This document shows, piece by piece, positions 57,672 through 64,000 of a stretch of 64,000 nucleotides of DNA (the stretch's first letter is position 1; every line of letters begins with the position of its first letter). Made by a program: the position numbers and the translations under genes. The notes under the pieces were generated by a model. That model was not told where the DNA came from. It saw nothing but the letters and a program-made list of their open reading frames with translations, and ran no database searches. Source of the DNA: a virus; the IMG/VR virus record IMGVR_UViG_3300020473_000017, one strand, 5' to 3'.

Positions 57672-57678
57672 TATTTAG
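57672..57678 (-). promoter_or_regulatory. Late promoter (CTAAATA variant)
   Basis: Upstream of gp18; the same motif occurs at 54986-54992 (gp20), 49435-49441 (gp3) and 22541-22547. Confidence 0.65.
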
Positions 57679-57690
57679 AAAAAAGTGAAT

Positions 57691-59379
57691 TTAGCGATAC
57701 TCCCACATAAAGTTTCTATCTCCATATTCATCTACCTTCCAGTTTTCTGGATCCTTTTCATTCATATCGACAGTCCAAATGTTTCCTTCAGTATCTACTA
57801 TCTGTTCATCTTCCAACCCATCATCGATAAAACCAAAGGGAGCCATATCCTGTTCTATCTGATTCTTCTGCTCTTCATATATTCTTTTACGGATATCTTG
57901 ATCCGTCATCTCTTTAAAGTATTCTTGCTGTACTAACCAAGCAAATATAACGAGACACATCACAAGGTCGTCGTTGTATCCTTCGTCAGCTTCAAAGGAT
58001 TGTTTGTTTTGAATGAAGGTAGTTAACTCAGCAACAATGTTATAATCCTTAACAAGTAACTTATCATCTTCTATTAAATGCTTCAAGTTAGAGCACCCTT
58101 GTGCTTTAACTGTCTTACTCATCTTGACACCCATCTGGGTCTTAGTACCTGAGAATCCCTGACCTACTATTTGACCTGCTCTACCACGCATAGCACACAT
58201 GAGAACATTCTCATACTCAATATCATAAAATAAACTCGAAGCAACTGCTTCTCCAATATCATTTACTTCTATAAGAATATGTGCATTATTATAATTTGTA
58301 CCAACATTATACATTACGTTGGGGAATAACATAGGTCTTACTTCATTACTCCTATACTTAGCAACCAATGACCATGGTGCTTTTGTTATATCAATGACTA
58401 CAAAGGCAGAGTAATCCTGTGATAAACCACGAGATACGTCAACACATATGATGTAATCATGACCATCCAAAGGATCTTCATAAACATCTAATCCAGCATT
58501 TTTTACAATTGGGTCGTCATAAACTAATGTTCTCAGTTTAGCAGCCGATATTAAAGTGTCAACAGATCCTAAGAACTCACACTCAAACTCTTGAGTGAAC
58601 TGTCTTTCGGATGTATTGGCAATAGTTGTCTCTTTCCATTTAGCATCTCGACCAGGCACTTTACTCCAATGTACCTCAGTCCATGCATATCCATTCCTAC
58701 CTTTCTGAGCATCAACCCAAAGTTTGTAGAAATGATTCATCCCATATGGAGTTGAGATGATGATGACTTTCGTTTTTGTACCAGACGTAATAGTAGGATA
58801 AACAGAACTAAAGAATGCTTCTGCGATATGATTTGGGATAAAGGCGAACTCGTCGAGGAAAATGATATTGAACGACATGCCTCGGACAGCACTTGCAGAT
58901 GTAGAAGCTGCCAAAATCTTTGATCCATTTTCTAACTCCATGCTACCTTTGTTGTACACAACAATACCCTGTTGTAGCCACAAAGGTAATTGTTCATATG
59001 CTAATTGCAATCTTCCAAGCAAGTCCCTAGCAGTGGATAACTTGTTTGCAAGAATACCAATATTAACATTATCATTAAACAAAGCATAATGAAGAAGATA
59101 AGACACACACGTAGTGGACTTACCAGTCTGTCGAGGTAACTTTGCTATATTGAATCTATTGTTATGAAATTTTTCAATCAGTTCTTCCTGAAAATCCCAC
59201 ATTGAAAATGGAACTATACCTTCATCAAGAGATATGATCTTGATATAGTTCCTAGTGAAATAGATAGGATCATCCTTGCACTTAAGATACTCCTCAATTT
59301 GTTCTTGAGTGAATTGTATCTCAGTACCAACCTTTTTAAGATTGGGGTTACCTAAGTAAAAATCTGATTGATCTGCCAT
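57691..59379 (-). CDS. gp17: Terminase large subunit gp17
   Basis: YLGNPNLK, PRQTGKST, FLDEFAF, DVSRG..DYS, DDLVM. Confidence 0.97.
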   Translation of the reverse strand: MADQSDFYLGNPNLKKVGTEIQFTQEQIEEYLKCKDDPIYFTRNYIKIISLDEGIVPFSMWDFQEELIEKFHNNRFNIAKLPRQTGKSTTCVSYLLHYALFNDNVNIGILANKLSTARDLLGRLQLAYEQLPLWLQQGIVVYNKGSMELENGSKILAASTSASAVRGMSFNIIFLDEFAFIPNHIAEAFFSSVYPTITSGTKTKVIIISTPYGMNHFYKLWVDAQKGRNGYAWTEVHWSKVPGRDAKWKETTIANTSERQFTQEFECEFLGSVDTLISAAKLRTLVYDDPIVKNAGLDVYEDPLDGHDYIICVDVSRGLSQDYSAFVVIDITKAPWSLVAKYRSNEVRPMLFPNVMYNVGTNYNNAHILIEVNDIGEAVASSLFYDIEYENVLMCAMRGRAGQIVGQGFSGTKTQMGVKMSKTVKAQGCSNLKHLIEDDKLLVKDYNIVAELTTFIQNKQSFEADEGYNDDLVMCLVIFAWLVQQEYFKEMTDQDIRKRIYEEQKNQIEQDMAPFGFIDDGLEDEQIVDTEGNIWTVDMNEKDPENWKVDEYGDRNFMWEYR

Positions 59380-59380
59380 A

Positions 59381-59542
59381 CTAATGGGTCGCTAGCCACT
59401 CCTCCGCTTCCTGCTTGGTATTAAAGAAATGAAGGTGTCTGTTTAATTGTAGAGTATATTGATGATCAACTTGATCATACCCTATGATACCTTCATAGTC
59501 GATCCAATCAGGATCAAGACGATCTTCTGGAACTGTTGTCAT
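59381..59542 (-). CDS. Small hypothetical protein
   Basis: MTTVPEDRLDPDW...F.TKQEAEEWL; GGAGGT upstream. Confidence 0.65.
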   Translation of the reverse strand: MTTVPEDRLDPDWIDYEGIIGYDQVDHQYTLQLNRHLHFFNTKQEAEEWLATH

Positions 59543-59669
59543 GGCTCGGGACCTCCGATTTCTTGAGCTCATATTCTAGCATAGATCTAAGCAATTTGGA
59601 TCTAGTAGAATCCCCGAATGCTTCGAGGACTTGTAGTTCAGATTGTAATTCGGCAATTCGCTTATCCAT
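59514..59669 (-). CDS. Small hypothetical protein
   Basis: MDKRIAELQSELQVLEAFGD... Confidence 0.6.
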   Translation of the reverse strand: MDKRIAELQSELQVLEAFGDSTRSKLLRSMLEYELKKSEVPSHDNSSRRSS

Positions 59670-59685
59670 TATATAGGTCCGTATG

Positions 59686-60219
59686 TTATTTTTTCTTGTT
59701 GTGTTGAGCCCACGCAAATGCGTATGCTTTGTCTTTTCCGACTTTCTTTTTTAAAGATTTAACTTGTTTCTCTCTTCCAGGAGGTGCATCCTCTCCGAAG
59801 ATACCACCAACTGCAGGTGGTAAAGATTGTTTACTACTATCAGCTGACCAATGACCATCTGAAATATTTGGTTTAAGAGGTTTCTTACCTCCACCTTTCT
59901 TTTTCCAGTTAGATGACTTTTTTGTTTTTGCTGCTAAACCTGCAGAACCCCCATCAGTCTTTGCTGCTAAACCTCCTCCACCACCAGAGATTGATGCTAA
60001 AGATTCATTAGTCATGAATACAGTTCCATCAGTAGGATCTGATTCATGATATTTAATAACCCTACTACCAGGATAGACACTCTGTGCTATCTTCTGTGCT
60101 TGAGGTCTTTGAAGTTTTTGTAACTTACTTCTAAACACAGTGATATCATATTCTCTACCTCGCCATACGAGGGTGAGAACGTAGTACCTCCCGTACATTG
60201 TAGGGATGCGTGATGCCAT
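59686..60219 (-). CDS. Hypothetical protein, probably virion-associated
   Basis: Folded N-domain (YPGSRV), Gly/Lys linker, C-terminal EDAPPGREK..K.LKKK....AYAFAW. Confidence 0.7.
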   Translation of the reverse strand: MASRIPTMYGRYYVLTLVWRGREYDITVFRSKLQKLQRPQAQKIAQSVYPGSRVIKYHESDPTDGTVFMTNESLASISGGGGGLAAKTDGGSAGLAAKTKKSSNWKKKGGGKKPLKPNISDGHWSADSSKQSLPPAVGGIFGEDAPPGREKQVKSLKKKVGKDKAYAFAWAQHNKKK

Positions 60220-60476
60220 TATGCGGATATAGCGTTGCAGTCTTTATCATGACGCTGATACGCAGCAGGAGTTCTAGCAGTGTTGTTAGTATTCCTTGCC
60301 TGATATGTACCAGGTGTTCTCGCAGTATTGTCAGTATTACGAGCTTGATAATCTGCATTCCAATTCTTGAAGGTCTTGGTAGACCATCCTTCATTACCAC
60401 TGAACCAATTGACAGTTGTACTGCCTGGTTGTGGACTTACGGGATCACAGTTTTCGTCGTTTCTTTGATATGCCAT
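60219..60476 (-). CDS. Small repeat-containing protein, probably virion-associated
   Basis: YQARNT.NTARTP repeats; ATAAATA upstream. Confidence 0.7.
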   Translation of the reverse strand: MAYQRNDENCDPVSPQPGSTTVNWFSGNEGWSTKTFKNWNADYQARNTDNTARTPGTYQARNTNNTARTPAAYQRHDKDCNAISA

Positions 60477-60480
60477 GTGA

Positions 60481-60960
60481 CTATTTATCGTTTTCCTTAG
60501 ATACCTTTTTCAGCATCTTTTGAAGATCAGCAGTACTACCAACAAACAATGAATTGTTAGTTACTACCTTCTTAGCACTCTCTTCCTTGACAGCTTTCTT
60601 GTCTTTTTGTAGTGCCATTAATTTGTCAGCTACATCTCCGACGTGCTTGATGAGTTGTCCAGCAACTTCATATGCTCTAGGGTGATCAGAAGACATAGCC
60701 AAATCAAGAGCACCGTTGACAGCTTCTTGTCCCTTATCCACCAATAAGTAAAGGTTTCCTCGTGCATACTCATAATCATCCTGTACTTGATCTTGTCCAT
60801 CAACTTTTTTGAGTTGATCTTTTCTTGTGCTACACCCACCTTCAGGTGTAGTACTAACTTCAGTTGCAACTGCTTCTACAGTTTCAAATGCTTCATCCAA
60901 TCCAGAAGTATCATCTTCGATTCTATCTTCTGCTGTTTTTTTCTTTGCCCAATTACTCAT
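60481..60960 (-). CDS. gp16: Terminase small subunit gp16
   Basis: DDYEYARGNL, HPRAYEV, NNSLFVGSTADLQK. Confidence 0.93.
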   Translation of the reverse strand: MSNWAKKKTAEDRIEDDTSGLDEAFETVEAVATEVSTTPEGGCSTRKDQLKKVDGQDQVQDDYEYARGNLYLLVDKGQEAVNGALDLAMSSDHPRAYEVAGQLIKHVGDVADKLMALQKDKKAVKEESAKKVVTNNSLFVGSTADLQKMLKKVSKENDK

Positions 60961-61954
60961 AATATGCTATGGTTTCTCCAAATCCAAAATCATCATCACT
61001 TGTTAACAGTGCATCATCAGCAGCATCAATTAGATCAACCTTAGTACCAGATGCTGCAGCTGCAGCAGTGGTTCCATTCTGTGCTCTACGTACAGATAAT
61101 TTGTTTGGTGATGTCTTACTCTTGACATAGAATACTTCATTGCCAATCTCAATATAGGATTGAGTAGGAATGTTGCTGTAGTCTTGAACTTCTATAACAA
61201 GATTTCTTGCGGTAATTGCACCTGCAAGTTCTGTAGTACCATCCTGGTCTTTGTCTGTCTTTGCTTTTGGTACAACCTGATAAGCAATCTGCCTTGTCTT
61301 GGAAAGATCGACATCCAAAGTAGTATCGATTTTTGCTTTCTTGATAGGACCAGCAGTTCCAACAGGTCCAAAGATGTAAGACTTGACTGTAAACTGCATA
61401 GTGATTAAGGTTATCTTCTTGTCATCAAAAGAACCTTCGTAATCATCACTATAGTTAATGCTATTTAATATGATAGGAATATCTCTATACTCATTCATGT
61501 CCTCAACCAACTTAATAGTCATCTGATATGATGGTTGAAACACTGGAACAATCTGTTCAGTTATTTCTAATGCTTCATCATTAGTCTTAGATATAATATT
61601 CAATTCAAAATCTATATTATATGGAACAGGAGTGAACTGTTTCTTTACAGCATCCTTAGTATTTGCCTTTAGTGTTAAAGTTGTAGGAGCAAGTTTCCTA
61701 CCAGCATCATATGAGATACCTGTCATTTCAAATGACAAACGAGGAACAGTGATAGCAACCTTCTGGTTGAGATCTGCCTGTTGTTCTAGTCTTGCTAAAA
61801 ATTTCTGTCGAGGACCATAAGCAAGAGGTACCTTCATTCTGCTATAAACAGAACCATCACTCTTTTCTTTACGGACTTCTATATTATTGAATAGTGTACC
61901 AAATCCTATGACGCACTTTCTAATAATCTTATTGTATGTGTATGCACCTAACAT
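60953..61954 (-). CDS. gp15: Tail sheath stabiliser gp15
   Basis: FGTLFN, VPLAYGP.QKF, PRLSFEM, VPYN, EQI.P.FQP. Confidence 0.93.
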   Translation of the reverse strand: MLGAYTYNKIIRKCVIGFGTLFNNIEVRKEKSDGSVYSRMKVPLAYGPRQKFLARLEQQADLNQKVAITVPRLSFEMTGISYDAGRKLAPTTLTLKANTKDAVKKQFTPVPYNIDFELNIISKTNDEALEITEQIVPVFQPSYQMTIKLVEDMNEYRDIPIILNSINYSDDYEGSFDDKKITLITMQFTVKSYIFGPVGTAGPIKKAKIDTTLDVDLSKTRQIAYQVVPKAKTDKDQDGTTELAGAITARNLVIEVQDYSNIPTQSYIEIGNEVFYVKSKTSPNKLSVRRAQNGTTAAAAASGTKVDLIDAADDALLTSDDDFGFGETIAYYE

Positions 61955-63294
61955 TACAAGTTACCTGCTAATCCAAATGGGTTTGTTTCAGTGAAGTCTA
62001 ATATATCATCACCAGCTGTCTCAAAAGTAACAGCTTCAGAATATTTAGGATCTGCTGTTGCCATTTCGTCTCTACTATCTAGCACAATTGTAGCACCAGA
62101 ATCTGAACCCATGATCGTTTCACCTATAACAAAGGTAGCGGTTGGCGACTTCAATTTAATCCAACCCTCCTGTGCTTCCCACTCAACTATCTGAGCAGTT
62201 GCACCAGTAGTACCACCAGTAACTGTTTCTGGAACTTGGAATGTACCTGTTAAACCAGTAGGTGCTGCAGAGAATGTAGCAGTTGCAGACGTATAAGAAC
62301 TACCAGCATTTGTAATATCCACTAACTTAACACTCTTATATCCAGACCCACCATTAACTATATTAAGAGCAGTTAAAACTCCACCAGTAAATGTAGGTGT
62401 TATGACTGCAGGAACAGCACCACCATCAGGGGAACTAACTACTAAAGTAGTTCTATCCTCATCATATCCAGAACCACCATTAACAATCTGAACAGATCTA
62501 ATCTGACCTTCTTTAACAGTACCTCGAATCTCAGCTTGGGTAGTTGGTGTTCCACCACTAAGTGTTATATTACATAGGTATGCTGTTGCTGTTGCATCAA
62601 TACCATCTCCAGAAATAGTAACAGTGGGAACTTCGTTATACTTAGATCCATTATCACTGATATAGATATTCTCTATAGTATTGGTGCTGCTAATAACTGG
62701 AGTACCAGTAGCAGTAATACCATTTGTAGGAAGATAGAAATGCTTGACTGTGTACCCGTAATCGACGAGATCCTCATCACTCTCGAATAGATCACCTTGC
62801 TCATCACTGTACTCAAATAATTCTGCCTTAAGTTTATAAATGTATCCTTTACCTAACTGATAAAATGGTTCTTCATGCTCTACAAATTTTATCTCAAAGT
62901 AATTACTTGTTAGTGGTAGGTATATTAAATCTCCTTCTTGTGGTCTCTCTGGTGCTTGGTAGTCTTTATCTAATAAAAGAAACTGAGAAATAAGATCAGT
63001 AAATCTTTGCTGAGATATAACCATTGTTATCTCATCAGTCTGTGCCACACCAAACTTAGTTAATAGATCTCCACCACCTTGGAATCCATCATAGTTTTCC
63101 ATGTATGCTTCAATAATATATGCATCATTAAACTCACCAATTACTTCCTCATTAAACACACCATCCTTTTCCATAATCTCTCTAGGACAGTAAAGGATAT
63201 CCATCCCATACATCTTAAGAAATTCTTCTGTAAGATCTTGCTGTAAGAACTGTTCGTTCCTAGTACCGTGAGTAAAATAAGTAGTTCTTGCCAT
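61954..63294 (-). CDS. gp14: Neck protein gp14
   Basis: Y.PRE, LTKFG, RPQEGDLIY.P, FVEHEEPFYQLG, DFTE.NPFG. Confidence 0.93.
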   Translation of the reverse strand: MARTTYFTHGTRNEQFLQQDLTEEFLKMYGMDILYCPREIMEKDGVFNEEVIGEFNDAYIIEAYMENYDGFQGGGDLLTKFGVAQTDEITMVISQQRFTDLISQFLLLDKDYQAPERPQEGDLIYLPLTSNYFEIKFVEHEEPFYQLGKGYIYKLKAELFEYSDEQGDLFESDEDLVDYGYTVKHFYLPTNGITATGTPVISSTNTIENIYISDNGSKYNEVPTVTISGDGIDATATAYLCNITLSGGTPTTQAEIRGTVKEGQIRSVQIVNGGSGYDEDRTTLVVSSPDGGAVPAVITPTFTGGVLTALNIVNGGSGYKSVKLVDITNAGSSYTSATATFSAAPTGLTGTFQVPETVTGGTTGATAQIVEWEAQEGWIKLKSPTATFVIGETIMGSDSGATIVLDSRDEMATADPKYSEAVTFETAGDDILDFTETNPFGLAGNL

Positions 63295-64000
63295 TATCCA
63301 ATCATGTCAAGTGGTGGTGTTTCGTAACTACGGATCATTTCATCCTCAAGTTTCTCAATTGCTTGCTTACCTTCATTATAAATGAACTCACCATTCATAG
63401 TAATTCCACCTGGTAATTGTGCTCCTTGGAATTTAATTAAATTTGATCCCCACTGCCTTTTAACTAATGCAGTAACATATCTCTTCATCCAAAGATCATT
63501 ATATACAGCAGCTGTACTGCTAGGATCTATTGCACGATAGACTTCAAGAATCAAGTAATCATTCTCTTTGACATCAGTTTTAAAGTCAAGATCCAAATAA
63601 AGTCTATCTCCTCTCATCTGGAATCTAGTTTGCTTCTGTCCTTCCAGCAAGAAGTATATATCTTCCAACCTACGGTTAACCATTTCGTAAGTAAGAATTT
63701 CTGTATTAGTTAAATCCCAAAGATCATTTAATCTCCACTGATACCTAACATCAAACAAGTTTGTGACATTCTTAGATACAAAATCAAATACTTTTATAAC
63801 ACTAGTGACATGCTCAGGAACTTTAATATAATTATTTTGCTCTTCCCAATTAACTGATATTGCTGATGAAGTTGCAGCAGCTACTGCTGTAGTTGAATCA
63901 GTAGTCATGTCATCAATCATGGCTTGACTAAACTTCACCTTCAAGTGAGTTCTAATATAACCGTCCATGTGACGTTCATTATAAAACTGGATAGCATCAT
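63294..64000 (-). CDS. gp13: Neck protein gp13 (5' end outside the window)
   Basis: WMKRY.TAL.K.QWG.NL.KF...LPGG..MNG, PP.DMIG; the frame stays open to the window edge. Confidence 0.93.
   Translation of the reverse strand, partial: DAIQFYNERHMDGYIRTHLKVKFSQAMIDDMTTDSTTAVAAATSSAISVNWEEQNNYIKVPEHVTSVIKVFDFVSKNVTNLFDVRYQWRLNDLWDLTNTEILTYEMVNRRLEDIYFLLEGQKQTRFQMRGDRLYLDLDFKTDVKENDYLILEVYRAIDPSSTAAVYNDLWMKRYVTALVKRQWGSNLIKFQGAQLPGGITMNGEFIYNEGKQAIEKLEDEMIRSYETPPLDMIG

Noticed and set aside
59686-59717. A-rich end (AAG AAA AAA TAA) overlapping the next ORF as a second frameshift site
   Set aside because: The downstream ORF is in the +1 frame and has its own ATG at 59669; I saw no stimulatory structure.
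60240-60350. 45-nt tandem DNA repeat as a CRISPR-like or non-coding array
   Set aside because: It is an in-frame coding repeat with synonymous differences and no spacers.
1-64000. tRNA, rRNA or CRISPR loci
   Set aside because: No cloverleaf, rRNA or repeat-spacer pattern was seen in the few intergenic gaps. This check was by eye; tRNAscan-SE would confirm.

Overview
This window is a 64 kb segment of a T4-like marine cyanophage (Kyanoviridae-type myovirus). The AT-rich sequence and cyanobacterial-type genes suggest a Prochlorococcus/Synechococcus host. Almost all genes are on the minus strand. From right to left they are: the virion and packaging block (gp13, 14, 15, 16, 17, 18, 19, 20, 21, 22, 23, gp3); recombination and transcription genes (uvsY, uvsW, gp55, gp47, gp46); cobT/cobS; replisome genes (gp45, gp44, dam, gp62, regA, hsp20, gp43, uvsX, gp41); a carbamoyltransferase; mazG; a cluster of probable head-associated proteins interleaved with many 2OG-Fe(II) oxygenases; primase; nrdA/nrdB; and a string of small hypothetical genes. 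I saw no tRNA, rRNA, CRISPR array, intron or intein. The most unusual signals are not in the ORF track: (1) a tandem glutamine-riboswitch-like leader whose second aptamer carries a whole 56-codon ORF in its P2 loop, under a promoter overlapped by an NtcA box and ahead of a DUF4278 gene; (2) a protein whose N-terminus copies the predicted mature N-terminal arm of the major capsid protein; (3) a probable -1 programmed frameshift that appends a Cys/His tail; (4) a nuclease-like / KxDG ligase-like / nucleotidyltransferase gene trio; (5) a ROSE-like RNA thermometer before hsp20; and (6) back-to-back sense and antisense promoters at gp55. All family assignments come from motif recognition by eye, not from database searches.
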